Assembly: GCA_016872415.1 (NCBI GenBank)
Contig: VGZX01000005.1
Span: forward strand, 5,210 to 69,209
DNA: 64,000 bases
DNA from: SAR202 cluster bacterium
GTDB taxonomy: Bacteria > Chloroflexota > Dehalococcoidia > Lucifugimonadales > Australimonadaceae
Direction of reading: 5' to 3'
Positions 34,044 to 43,203 of this stretch are shown here, piece after piece. Position numbers and translations under genes: made by a program. Every line of letters begins with the position of its first letter. The first letter of the stretch is position 1. The notes beneath the pieces were generated by a model, which saw nothing but the letters and a program-made list of their open reading frames with translations, made no database searches and was not told where the DNA came from.

Positions 34044-34295
34044 CTACGGACCGGCGCAGTACGAGTCGACCAGATCGTGGAGCTCTTGCACCGTGAAACC
34101 AAGGGCCTTGGCCACATTCGCGAAACCGTGGATGTCCACGGCGCCGCCCAGCTGCGCCAAGTACGCTACGGTCTGCCTTTTGCAGTTAGGTTCCCCCGGC
34201 ACGCCAGGCTCCGTCTGAGCCGCGAAGGCGCTACCGGACATGAGACCGACCATGAGGGCGCCAGCCACGAGAATTGCCGCCAGCTTCCTCTTCAT
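34044..34295 (-). CDS. small secreted protein (83 aa, Sec signal peptide, two Cys)
   Basis: GGAGGATG RBS, then MKRKLAAILVAGALMVGLMSGSAFA|AQTEPG with an AFA-A cleavage motif. The mature part has CKRQ and YCAGP. Confidence 0.6.
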   Translation of the reverse strand: MKRKLAAILVAGALMVGLMSGSAFAAQTEPGVPGEPNCKRQTVAYLAQLGGAVDIHGFANVAKALGFTVQELHDLVDSYCAGP

Positions 34296-34929
34296 ACTCA
34301 CATCCTCCACAAGGGGTTTTTGGCCCTTCGCCACCACCGGCCTGGCAGCTCGGCCATGGCCACTCTACACCCCGCCCCTCGCGCGGCCGCTCCCTACGAT
34401 GTGTGAGTGCGACGCGACCTCAACGGACTAGTGCGATTGCGGAATGGACCGTCGCGGAGCGGTGACGCGACACCGCGAGTGTCTGCCGTGCGACATATGA
34501 CAACGGGCACGGTATACTGTTGTTGCTTCTGCAAAGAACCTCCACAAGGGTGTTGCCGAGGCATTGGGCCTGCCCGAGCCGGCTACTTGGGCTGGCCCTC
34601 TCGCTGGCCGCGACGCGACAGCCTCCCTGCGGGCGGCGGCCTCCACTCCCCCCAATCTTCGTAACTGCCGCCACGCGCGGGATGCTGGACTTCTCCCGTC
34701 GCTCCCGGCAGTCGGGTCCCTCGGCACCTATCGCCTTCGCGAAGGCGAACTCCCAACTCATCTCCGCGCACCGCCGGCTCGGCGACAGACGACGCTCCGG
34801 GCACCCTTGCCCATGTCGATTGGGCCGGCGATTCCCATTGCCAAGTTGGTGTGCCACCGGCTTCGGCGGCCGGCTTTCAGTGGCCGCGCGCAAGCGCGGG
34901 AATGCCGCTCCGGAACCCCATGACGGCAT

Positions 34930-35004
34930 TGGTGGACGCTAGGGGATTTGAACCCCTGACCCCCTGCTTGCAAAGCAGGTGCTCTCCCGCTGAGCTAAGC
35001 GCCC
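34930..35004 (-). tRNA. tRNA-Ala (anticodon TGC)
   Basis: Sense GGGCGCT TA GCTC AGCGGGA GAGC A CCTGC TTTGCAA GCAGG GGGTC AGGGG TTCAAAT CCCCT AGCGTCC A CCA. It has the G3:U70 identity pair and an encoded CCA. A TATAAT -10 lies at 35020-35025 on the same strand. Confidence 0.95.
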
Positions 35005-35095
35005 ACGAAACGCCATGCCATTATAAAGGCCCGCGCACGCGCCGTCGCCCAACGCGCGCCCGCTCGATGCGACCCCAGCCTCGCGAGCGTCGCCA

Positions 35096-36856
35096 CTAGC
35101 CTTCTTCGTCTTGCTGGAACAGCTGATCGCCCCGGTGCAGCCGGAACGCCGTGTCATACGTCTGCCCGACCGACCGCACCGTCGGAGCGTGCGCCGACAT
35201 GTACCGGATCGCCGCCACCAGCACCGCCCTGCCCTGCGCCGTCCCACGCCTCGGCGCGTATTGCTGGAACGCCGCGTCGACGAGTTGGAACAGATGGAAG
35301 CCGGCGTCCTCGCGCAGCAACGCATGGCCCATCGCGGCAAGCAAGGCGTCGTCCGGAGCGCCGGCGTCGAAGTAACGGGCGACGAGCGTCGCCGCCGGCG
35401 TCACCTGCCGCTGCCGGTTCAGCAACTCCAGCAGCTCATCGAGCATCGAGGCGGTGCCGTCCGCGCCACCCACGCTGGCGGCCGGCATCGCCGCGGGCGG
35501 CATGTTGAGGAATCGGTCGTGATAGACGGCGATCGCGGTGTCGAACACCGCCCGCAGCAAGTCGACCGAGGGCGTGCGGCGCAACGCTTGGTGCAGGGCG
35601 TTCGCGGCCGTCAGCGTGTTGTGCACCGTCTCCCAATCGCCGAACTCGTTCGATAGGTGGAACCGCGCCATGCGGAGGAAGGCGGCGAACGCGACGGCGC
35701 CGGCGACCGCGTCGGGCGCGGCTCCGGCGGCGATGGCGTGCTTCAATTCGTCGATCGTGGCGGCGGGGTCGTCGCCGAGGATGGTCTCGGCGAGCCGGTC
35801 CTCGCCAGTCCACCGCTTCGTCGCCTTGCGGCCCTGCTCCACCAGCGCCGGCAGCTCCGCGCGGGCCGCGTACACCATCGCCGCCACGTCGACCGGATGC
35901 CGCCACGACGACGACTCCTCGCCGCGGCTGGCCTCGGTGATCCGCGGGACGAGGCTGGTGAGGGTCAGCGGGGCGTGCCGCCAGCCGATGTGCTCCAGTA
36001 GTTCGAACGCCTTGTTGGCATAGTCGAGCGTGTGCCCGCCGTCGATGTAGAGGTGGTCCGTGATGGCCGAGAAGATCATGCCGGCCACGGCCTCGCGCGA
36101 CATGCCGGCGTCGATCGCCGTGCGCAGCGTCCGCTCGGCCGCCTCGTTGTCGCGTACCTCGACGAATCGCCGAAGCCAGCCGGCGAGCCGGTCGGTCCGC
36201 GCCACCGCCGGGTTCAGCGGCGGCACCGGCACGCGCGCCGGCGCTCCGGCCGCGTCCTGCGCCACGTGCAGCAGGCCGGCGAACAGCGCCCGGGGGCGGT
36301 CGTCCTCGAACAGACGCGGCAGTATGTTCGCCGCCGCCGTGAGGATGGTCATCGCGTTGGTCCAGCCGTTGCTGGCGCGCGCCGCGGCGAACTCCGCCCC
36401 GAGTGTAACTGGCCGGCGATAATCCCTTCCAGCGTTCATCAGCCCGATGACCGACCGGGCGATGACGAGCCGGATGCCGTGCGCCAGCCCCTCGTCGAGC
36501 CGCCGCTCCCACTCGGCCGCCTGGTCGCCGGCGCGCGGCTGGACCTGCACGTACACGTCGCCATTCACCACGCGCACCCCGAAGGTCGGCACGTCGCCGG
36601 CGAAAAGGTCGAACGCGTTGCCGGAGGCGACATCGAACCGGGCGTGGTGCCAGTGGCAGGTGAGCATGCCGTCCCGCAGGGTCCCCTGGTGGAGGGGGAA
36701 ACCCATGTGGGGGCACCGGTTGTCCAGCGCGTGCAGGTCGTCCCCCTGGGCGAACACGGCGATGGTGTGGCCCGCCCCCGTTACGACGCTGCACCCGCGG
36801 CCGCTCACCTCCGCGAGCGTGCCGACACGTATCAGCCCCTGCACGTCAGTTGCCAT
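35096..36856 (-). CDS. Rieske [2Fe-2S] ferredoxin domain fused to a helical domain of about 470 aa with unknown function
   Basis: N-terminus CPHMGFPLHQG..CHWHHARFD (Rieske). The rest (..DGGHTLDYANKAFELLEHIGW..FHLSNEFGDWETVHNTLTAANALHQ..) matches nothing I recognise. GAGGAGGGG RBS. Confidence 0.8.
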   Translation of the reverse strand: MATDVQGLIRVGTLAEVSGRGCSVVTGAGHTIAVFAQGDDLHALDNRCPHMGFPLHQGTLRDGMLTCHWHHARFDVASGNAFDLFAGDVPTFGVRVVNGDVYVQVQPRAGDQAAEWERRLDEGLAHGIRLVIARSVIGLMNAGRDYRRPVTLGAEFAAARASNGWTNAMTILTAAANILPRLFEDDRPRALFAGLLHVAQDAAGAPARVPVPPLNPAVARTDRLAGWLRRFVEVRDNEAAERTLRTAIDAGMSREAVAGMIFSAITDHLYIDGGHTLDYANKAFELLEHIGWRHAPLTLTSLVPRITEASRGEESSSWRHPVDVAAMVYAARAELPALVEQGRKATKRWTGEDRLAETILGDDPAATIDELKHAIAAGAAPDAVAGAVAFAAFLRMARFHLSNEFGDWETVHNTLTAANALHQALRRTPSVDLLRAVFDTAIAVYHDRFLNMPPAAMPAASVGGADGTASMLDELLELLNRQRQVTPAATLVARYFDAGAPDDALLAAMGHALLREDAGFHLFQLVDAAFQQYAPRRGTAQGRAVLVAAIRYMSAHAPTVRSVGQTYDTAFRLHRGDQLFQQDEEG

Positions 36857-37050
36857 GCGCCCCTCCTCTCCCGCCTACTGGTTGCTGAACGGCCGCGCGG
36901 TCTGCCTCCATGCGAAGTCACGGAGAGCCTGCGACTGCCGAGCGCGATGGCGCCCCGGTTGCCGATGGGCGCGTATGTGGCGCGGGCTGACGCGGCTCCC
37001 CGGCCGGTGAGCAAAATGTACGCGCGTCACGTCCGACGGTCAACGAACGG

Positions 37051-38904
37051 CTACGGCGTGTCGAGCCGCAGCCCGTCCAACGTCTCGCCGACCACCTGGT
37101 AGCGGTGGAATGGCGGCATGAAGTAGGCGCCGGCGATGTGCGGGCGGGCGCCCAGCAACAGTTCCTTGCTGATTGCGATGCCCGTCGCGGCCGCATCCTT
37201 CGACTCCTCCATGCGCTTGAAGACCGCATCGGGAATGCGGATGCCTGGCACCTCGTGGTGCAAGAAGGTGGCGTGGCGCATTGTCCGCAGCGGCAACACG
37301 CCCAGCAGCAATGGCAGCGGAAATCCGCCGAGCCTGTTCGCGACGCGCTCCACCACCTCGGCGTCGAACACCGGCTGCGTCAGAATGAAATGGGCCCCGG
37401 CCCGCACCTTGCGCTCCAGCACGCGTAGTTCCTGGTCCAGGTCGGGCGCGTTCAGGTTCAGCGCGCAGCCGATGACGAACGACGTTGGCTGATCGATGGG
37501 CCGCTCATTCGCATCGACGCCTCGGTTGAATCCCGCGATGAGCTTGATCAGGCCCGACGTGGTGATGTCGCTCACCGCCGTCGCCTGCGGATAGTCGCCC
37601 TTCACCGGAACGTCACCCATCACCGTGAAGATGTTTCGCACGCCGAGCGCGTGCGCGCCAAGCAAGTCGGAGTGCAGCGCCACCATGTTCCGGTTGCGGA
37701 TAGCCATGTGCATCACGGTCTCGATGCCCAGCCGCGACTGGATGAGGCTGCACATCGCCAACGCGCTCATGCGTCCCTGCGCGCGGGGGCTATCGGCCAC
37801 GTTCACCGCATGCAGGTGCCCCGCCATGCCGCGTATCTTGTCCACCGTCTCGCTGATGTCGAACCCCCGGGGCGGATCGACCTCCATCGTCGCGACGAAC
37901 TGCTTGCGCGCCAGCCGCTCGGCCAACGCCGAGGCATGACGTCGAGCCGTGGGCGCGGGTGGCGAGGGCGCCACGGGCGCCTTGGGGACCGCCGGGGCTC
38001 GCTGCGCGCCGCGGGGCGGACGCACGCCGCGTATGTTGTCGCGGATCGCCGCGATGTGCCCCGGCGTCGTGCCGCAGCAGCCGCCCAGCAGCACCGCTCC
38101 GGCTTCGGCCGCCCGCCGCGCGCGCTCCGCCGTGTACGCCGGGTCGGCCGTGTACGCCAGCTTGCCGTCCACGTAGGTCGGCAGGCCCGCGTTCGGCTGC
38201 GACGATAGCGGCGTGGTCGCGCTGATCGCCATTCGCTCGATCACCTGCAACAGCTGCTCCGGACCGACGCTGCAATTGCCGCCGATCGCCGCGAGCCGCA
38301 GGTTGTCCAGCACGACCGCGACCTCCTCGGGCGACTCGCCCATCGGCGTGACGCCGTCGTCGGTGAACGTCATCTGCGCGACGATGGGAATCGAGGCCAC
38401 CGACCGCACGGCCTGAATGGCGAGCTTCATCTCGGAAAGCGACGTGAACGTCTCCAACATGATGAGGTCCACGCCGGCCTCGATCAGCGCCGCCGCCTGC
38501 TGCGCGAACGCGTTCTGGCTCGCCGCCGAGTCCAAGGCGCCGATCGTGAGCCCGTCTCGACCCAGCGGCCCCATCGAGCCCGCGATCCAGATGTCTTGGC
38601 CCGTCAGCCGCCGCGCCTCGTGCGCGACCGCCACCGCCTTCCGGTTGATCTCGTCGGCGCGCTCCACCAGGCCCGCCGCTCCCAGTCGGGCCGTGTTCGC
38701 CGCGAAAGTGTTGGTCTGGATGATCTCCGCCCCGGCGCGGATGTAGTCGAGGTGGACGCCTCGCACCAGCGCCAGATGCGTGAGGTTCAGCTCCTCCAGC
38801 GGCCCCCCGCGCGCGCTCCCGGCGCGTGCCATCAGTTCCGTGCCCATGGCGCCATCGCAAAGGATCACACCCCGGGTCAGTCGGTCGACGATTGAAATCG
38901 GCAT
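37051..38904 (-). CDS. bifunctional homocysteine S-methyltransferase / 5,10-methylenetetrahydrofolate reductase (YitJ-like)
   Basis: N-terminal Hcy-binding domain (VILCDGAMGTEL..IIQTNTF..LLGGCCGTTPGHI). C-terminal MTHFR domain (FVATMEVDPPRG..VNVADSPRA..HFILTQPVFD). The start at ATG 38904 is downstream of an extended -10. Confidence 0.85.
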   Translation of the reverse strand: MPISIVDRLTRGVILCDGAMGTELMARAGSARGGPLEELNLTHLALVRGVHLDYIRAGAEIIQTNTFAANTARLGAAGLVERADEINRKAVAVAHEARRLTGQDIWIAGSMGPLGRDGLTIGALDSAASQNAFAQQAAALIEAGVDLIMLETFTSLSEMKLAIQAVRSVASIPIVAQMTFTDDGVTPMGESPEEVAVVLDNLRLAAIGGNCSVGPEQLLQVIERMAISATTPLSSQPNAGLPTYVDGKLAYTADPAYTAERARRAAEAGAVLLGGCCGTTPGHIAAIRDNIRGVRPPRGAQRAPAVPKAPVAPSPPAPTARRHASALAERLARKQFVATMEVDPPRGFDISETVDKIRGMAGHLHAVNVADSPRAQGRMSALAMCSLIQSRLGIETVMHMAIRNRNMVALHSDLLGAHALGVRNIFTVMGDVPVKGDYPQATAVSDITTSGLIKLIAGFNRGVDANERPIDQPTSFVIGCALNLNAPDLDQELRVLERKVRAGAHFILTQPVFDAEVVERVANRLGGFPLPLLLGVLPLRTMRHATFLHHEVPGIRIPDAVFKRMEESKDAAATGIAISKELLLGARPHIAGAYFMPPFHRYQVVGETLDGLRLDTP

Positions 38905-38936
38905 CGGTGGGCGCACGCTCCGTGGGCAGTCGACCC

Positions 38937-38945
38937 ATTCTACCA
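38937..38945 (-). promoter_or_regulatory. extended -10 promoter element TGGTAGAAT for the yitJ-like gene
   Basis: The reverse complement of 38937-38945 reads TGgTAGAAT, about 33 nt upstream of the 38904 ATG. Confidence 0.4.
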
Positions 38946-38961
38946 GGGGCGCGCCGCGCCG

Positions 38962-40665
38962 TTGCCTCGTGGCGCTCCGTGGCGTATTCTCAGTCATCAC
39001 GCGGCGCCGGTCGCGATAACGCCTCCGTCAAAGGACACGGCCACGGGCCCTGACCTGAACGCCCTCAGCTGGATACTCGCCGCGCTCCCGGTGTTGTTCC
39101 TGGTCGTCGCGATCATGCGGTTGCGCTGGAGCGCCCCCCGCGCCGGCGGCCTCTCCTGGTTGCTGGCGGTCCACATCGCCATGCTGGCTTTCGGCGCCAG
39201 CGGCACCATCGTCGCCACCGCGAGCGCCAAGGGCCTCAGCCTCACCCTATTCGTGCTCACCATCCTGTGGGCGTCCGTGTTCATGTTCAACCTCGTCGAC
39301 CGGCTGAAGGGCATCGAGGCCATCGGCCGCACCACGGCCAGGCTCGCGTCGGACCCGCTCGTCCAGGCGCTGCTCATCGGCTGGGGATTCTCCTCGTTCA
39401 TCCAAGGCGTCACCGGCTTCGGCGTGCCCGTCGCCGTCGCCGCGCCCCTGCTCATCATGGTCGGCTTCTCCCCGCTTCGTGCCGCCGCCATCTCGCTCGT
39501 CGGCCACGGATGGGCCGTCACGTTCGGGTCCATGGGCTCGTCGTTCTACACCATTCAGCTGGTGACGAAATTCCCCGAGCAGGTCATCGGCCCCCACATG
39601 GCGCTGCTCTTCGCCCCGGTCACCATCGCCAGCGGCATCATGGTCGCGCACATCCAGGGCGGCTGGCACGGCGTCCGCCGCAGCCTCCCGCTCGTGCTCG
39701 TGGTGGGCACCGCCATGAGCTTCGCCATGTGGCTCATGGCATTCCTCGGCGCGCCGCAAATCGCCTCGTCGGTGCCGGGCATCGTCGCCCTCATCGGCGT
39801 CGGGTTCCTCGCGCGCACGCCGCTGCTCATCAAGCCGAGCGTCACCGGCGATGCGTCGGGCATCGGCCCGGAGCCCGGCGCCGCGACGCAGCGCGCGGCC
39901 CCCGTCACCGCCAAGCCCATGACCGCGATGCTTGGCTTCCTCCCCTACATCGTGCTCATCGCCCTCAGCATCGTTGCCCAGCTCGGGCCGGTGAAGTCCG
40001 CCGTCAGCGGGCTGGCGTGGGGGCTCGACTATCCCGAAACGGTCACCGCCGATGGCTTCGTCGCGGCCGCCGAGCAGGGCTACGCGCGCATACGGCTGCT
40101 CAACCATCCGGCCCCGCTCATCATCATCTCCGTCGCCATCGCCATGCTGGTCTACCGGCTCGGCGGGCGTTGGAAGCGCGGCGTCGCCTGGGAATCCCTG
40201 CGTCTTACCTATAGCCAATCGGTCACCACCACGCTCGGCGTGGCGACCATGGTGATGATGGCGGTGGTGATGGCCGACACCGGCATGACGACGCTGTTGG
40301 CCCAGGGCATCGCCAGGGCATCCGGGCCGGTGTTCCCACTGGTGTCGCCCTTCATCGGCCTGCTCGGCTCCTTCATGACGGGCAGCAACACCAATTCGAA
40401 CGTCATGTTCGGCATACTGCAAGTGGAAACCGCCAGGGAGCTCGGCATCGGCGCGGTGACCATCGCCAGCGTGCAGTCGATTGGCGGCTCGGTGGGCAGC
40501 TCCATCGCGCCGGCCAAGGTGCTTGTCGCCGCCACGTTCGTCGGCATGTCGGGCAAGGAGAGCGAGATATGGCGCGTGATCACTCGTTACGTGCTGCTGC
40601 TGACGCTGATCGCCGGCCTCGAGGCCCTGCTGCTCATATGCCTGCTGCCCGCATGGACGAGGTGA
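38962..40665 (+). CDS. lctP: L-lactate/glycolate permease (LctP family)
   Basis: LNALSWILAALPVLFLV, GWGFSSFIQGVTGFGVPVAVAAPLLIMVGF and FMTGSNTNSNVMFG. TTG at 38962 is the only in-frame start upstream of TM1, so the start is uncertain. Confidence 0.85.
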   Translation: MPRGAPWRILSHHAAPVAITPPSKDTATGPDLNALSWILAALPVLFLVVAIMRLRWSAPRAGGLSWLLAVHIAMLAFGASGTIVATASAKGLSLTLFVLTILWASVFMFNLVDRLKGIEAIGRTTARLASDPLVQALLIGWGFSSFIQGVTGFGVPVAVAAPLLIMVGFSPLRAAAISLVGHGWAVTFGSMGSSFYTIQLVTKFPEQVIGPHMALLFAPVTIASGIMVAHIQGGWHGVRRSLPLVLVVGTAMSFAMWLMAFLGAPQIASSVPGIVALIGVGFLARTPLLIKPSVTGDASGIGPEPGAATQRAAPVTAKPMTAMLGFLPYIVLIALSIVAQLGPVKSAVSGLAWGLDYPETVTADGFVAAAEQGYARIRLLNHPAPLIIISVAIAMLVYRLGGRWKRGVAWESLRLTYSQSVTTTLGVATMVMMAVVMADTGMTTLLAQGIARASGPVFPLVSPFIGLLGSFMTGSNTNSNVMFGILQVETARELGIGAVTIASVQSIGGSVGSSIAPAKVLVAATFVGMSGKESEIWRVITRYVLLLTLIAGLEALLLICLLPAWTR

Positions 40666-40669
40666 CGCG

Positions 40670-40843
40670 ATGACGCTCTCGAAGCCGATGAAACAGCGGT
40701 TGCGCCATGTCGCCGTCGTCGGCATAGCCATCGCGTTCCCGCTGCTCTACGTCGGGGCCGTCTCGCTGGGCGGCGCGGGCCTGACGGCGGCCGCGCTGGC
40801 GGTCACGGGCATCGTGTGCGTGCTCGCCGCGTTGGCGTTCTAG
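40670..40843 (+). CDS. 57-aa two-TM membrane mini-protein downstream of lctP
   Basis: Below the track cutoff. GAGGTG lies 6 nt upstream of the ATG. MTLSKPMKQRLRHVAVVGIAIAFPLLYVGAVSLGGAGLTAAALAVTGIVCVLAALAF. Confidence 0.4.
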   Translation: MTLSKPMKQRLRHVAVVGIAIAFPLLYVGAVSLGGAGLTAAALAVTGIVCVLAALAF

Positions 40844-42459
40844 CCGCCGGACCGTTGCTTCCCCGCCGCTTCGCGCGGCACATCCCCCAATGTCACGGCG
40901 ACACCGGCGCCCGGCTGCACGACCACGACCGTCACCGCCGGCGCATCGGCTCCGGTCATGGATGCGCCGCCCTTCGCGACCGAGTCGCCGACACCGGCAT
41001 CGTCCAGCCGGGCCCCGCCGCGCGTCTCGGTCAGCACCTGCACCACGCGCACCTTGCCCGTGGCCGTCTCGCGGATGATGCGGACTCGCACGCCCAGGCT
41101 CACGTCGGCCAAGCCCGCTTCCTTCTCGCCGAACGTCAATCGAGGCCCACCACGCTCGATCAGCACGCGGACCCCATGGCCGTTGGTGAGCTGCACCTTC
41201 AACAAGATGCCGCCGCCGCTTTCGGAGCGGACGAGGGTGACGCCCGTGATCCGCCCTTCGACGGCCTGCATGACCTCCGGCGGCTGTTCGCGCTTCGGCG
41301 CCGGCGTGGGAGTCGACGGCGATGCCGTCCGCGCGGCCGGCGTCGGCATTGCTTCCGGCGCCCGGCTGGGAGTCGGCGTCGGCGCGGAAGTCTCGTTCGT
41401 GGTGAACGGCGGTGACGTCTGCTGATTGGGCAACGGCAGCACGGGCTTAGTGCTGGGGCGCGCGGCGGGCTGCGCCGTCGGCGCCTCTTCCGCTCCCACG
41501 TTCGTCAAATCGCTCGACGCCGTCGCCGGCGTGGGCGTGGGCACCACCACCGTGATGGTGATGGGGGTCCGATGCAGCGAGTCGGCCTTGCGTAGCACGG
41601 CAAGCAGCTGCTCCCGGCGCTCGCGCAACGACGCCGTCAGCCGTTCCAACGCGGCGCGCGCGCAGGCGTCCCGCGTGATGGCCTCCAACTGGGCGATCTT
41701 GGTTTCCAGCGCCACCATCTGTTGATTGAGCTCCAACAAGCGGTCGGCTGGTATCTCGGCCGTCGCTGGCCGCGAGGCCGTCACCGCGCCCGGCGTGTGG
41801 GCTGGGGGCGCCTCCGTCGCATTGCCCAGCGCCACCATGCTTGGCAGATCGGCGACGGCGTGATCGACCGGCGCCACGACCAACCTGTCGGCCCGGTCCG
41901 CGTGGTGCTCGATGCGTTCGGCGAGACCGGGCACGAACCGTGTCCGCTCCTCCTCCGTGACCACCTGCAACTCGTGCACGCGGCGGTCGAGGAGTTTTGC
42001 ATGGAGGCCGGCTTCCCGCGAATCGGTGAAGGCCAGCGGCAACTGCGCCTGCTCGGCGGCGCGCTTCACCGGATAGAGGGCATCGCCCGGCACGCTGCTC
42101 GTGGATGCCACCACGGTGCCGGCGCCGCCCAGCAGCACCGCCGCGACCACGGCGGCGGCGGTCGCCAAGCGGCGTCCGCCCCACAGCACGTCGCGCAGCA
42201 GGCCGACGGGCGATGCCTTGGCGGCGGCGATCTGCCGGCGCTCGATGGCATCGTGCAGCCGCAGCCGCGCCGCGCGCTTCGCGTCCGCCGACGGCGTGAA
42301 CGAGGCGGCCTTGCGCACCGCCATGGCCGTGCTCAACGCCTGGCGCAGGTCTTGGGCATGCTCGGGATACTCGGCGACGACCGTGTCGATCGACTCGCCG
42401 CGCATCGTCACGCGGTCGAGGCACTCGTCCAGTATGTCCGCGAATGAACGCTCCGTCAT
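40840..42459 (-). CDS. anti-sigma factor-like membrane protein (single TM, Pro/Thr-rich linker, C-terminal beta domain)
   Basis: Overlaps the sigma gene stop. Cytoplasmic N-terminus, TM LATAAAVVAAVLLGGAG, and DALYPVKRAAEQAQL as in DUF5667-type anti-sigma proteins. Confidence 0.7.
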   Translation of the reverse strand: MTERSFADILDECLDRVTMRGESIDTVVAEYPEHAQDLRQALSTAMAVRKAASFTPSADAKRAARLRLHDAIERRQIAAAKASPVGLLRDVLWGGRRLATAAAVVAAVLLGGAGTVVASTSSVPGDALYPVKRAAEQAQLPLAFTDSREAGLHAKLLDRRVHELQVVTEEERTRFVPGLAERIEHHADRADRLVVAPVDHAVADLPSMVALGNATEAPPAHTPGAVTASRPATAEIPADRLLELNQQMVALETKIAQLEAITRDACARAALERLTASLRERREQLLAVLRKADSLHRTPITITVVVPTPTPATASSDLTNVGAEEAPTAQPAARPSTKPVLPLPNQQTSPPFTTNETSAPTPTPSRAPEAMPTPAARTASPSTPTPAPKREQPPEVMQAVEGRITGVTLVRSESGGGILLKVQLTNGHGVRVLIERGGPRLTFGEKEAGLADVSLGVRVRIIRETATGKVRVVQVLTETRGGARLDDAGVGDSVAKGGASMTGADAPAVTVVVVQPGAGVAVTLGDVPREAAGKQRSGG

Positions 42460-43028
42460 GCTTGGGTTCCTTCCTCCCCAACGCCGAAGCGCACCTTTTC
42501 GAGATCGTCCCCCAGCCTGCCGCGCAACGCCTTCAGCACCGTCCGCTGCAACTCGCGTATCGCGCCTTTCGTGCGCCCCATCACCGAGCCGGCCTCCTCG
42601 GACGACAGCCCCGCGATGAACCGCAGCGTGATCACCTGCTGCTGCGCCGGGTTCAGCTGCGCCATCGCCTGCAGCACCCGGTCCATGATGAGCTTCTGCT
42701 CGACCTCCCCCTGCGGCTCATGGTCGGAGGGCAGCTCCAGCGCCTCGTCCAACGGCACATTACGACGGCGGCTGCTCCGCCGGTAATGGTCGATCACGAT
42801 GTTGTGGGCAACGCGGAACAGCCACGCCTGCAACGGCACCCCGCGCTGCTCGAACGAACCGATGGATTCCGCGCAACGAACGAACACGTCGCCGGCAAGG
42901 TCTTCTGCGAGGTCACGGTTGCCGATGCGCGCCGCGATGTAGCGGGTTACGCGGTCGTAGTACTGCTCGTAGAGGTCTGCCAATGCGGCGGCGTTCGACT
43001 CGGCGCTGTTCCGGCCTCGCAGGGCCAA
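42456..43028 (-). CDS. ECF-type RNA polymerase sigma-70 family factor
   Basis: Region 2 LADLYEQYYDRVTRYIAARIG..AEDLAGDVFVR..WLFRVAHNIVIDHYR. Region 4 LNPAQQQVITLRFIAGLSSEEAGSVMGRTKGAIRELQ. Confidence 0.9.
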   Translation of the reverse strand: MALRGRNSAESNAAALADLYEQYYDRVTRYIAARIGNRDLAEDLAGDVFVRCAESIGSFEQRGVPLQAWLFRVAHNIVIDHYRRSSRRRNVPLDEALELPSDHEPQGEVEQKLIMDRVLQAMAQLNPAQQQVITLRFIAGLSSEEAGSVMGRTKGAIRELQRTVLKALRGRLGDDLEKVRFGVGEEGTQA

Positions 43029-43203
43029 GGCATCGTGCTCCTGAGTTAACGCCTGAACGCGTGCGGTGCGCGGCCAGTATAGGATTCGCTCCCTCAGCCT
43101 CCCGAGCCTTCATGACGAGCCAAAGCCGTTCTTCCGTGCTTGTCCCTGCTTGCCCCTGCTCGCGACATCGCGAATGGCCCTGCCCCACCCGGATTCACTT
43201 TCT

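Noticed and set aside
33767-34117. ORFs 33780-33983 (+) and 33767-34117 (-) between the lasso-like ORF and the secreted-protein gene.
   Set aside because: Arg/Ala/Pro-rich, with no RBS or motif. I treat them as non-coding, although this gap remains unexplained.
34296-34929. Possible RNase P RNA, SRP RNA or tmRNA downstream of tRNA-Ala.
   Set aside because: I looked for GAGGAAAGTCCGGGC / ACAGAACCCGGCTTA (RNase P), the SRP GGAAG/AGCAG helix-8 motif and tmRNA ends on both strands. Only weak partial resemblances appeared, in the wrong order and spacing, and the would-be P4 strands cannot pair.
38905-39000. N-terminal extension of the YitJ-like gene (MMTENT.. start at 39000) and a SAM riboswitch leader.
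   Set aside because: An extended -10 (TGgTAGAAT) lies inside the extension. The conserved Hcy-methyltransferase domain begins right after the 38904 ATG. The space left is too short for an S-box, and it overlaps the divergent lctP start.
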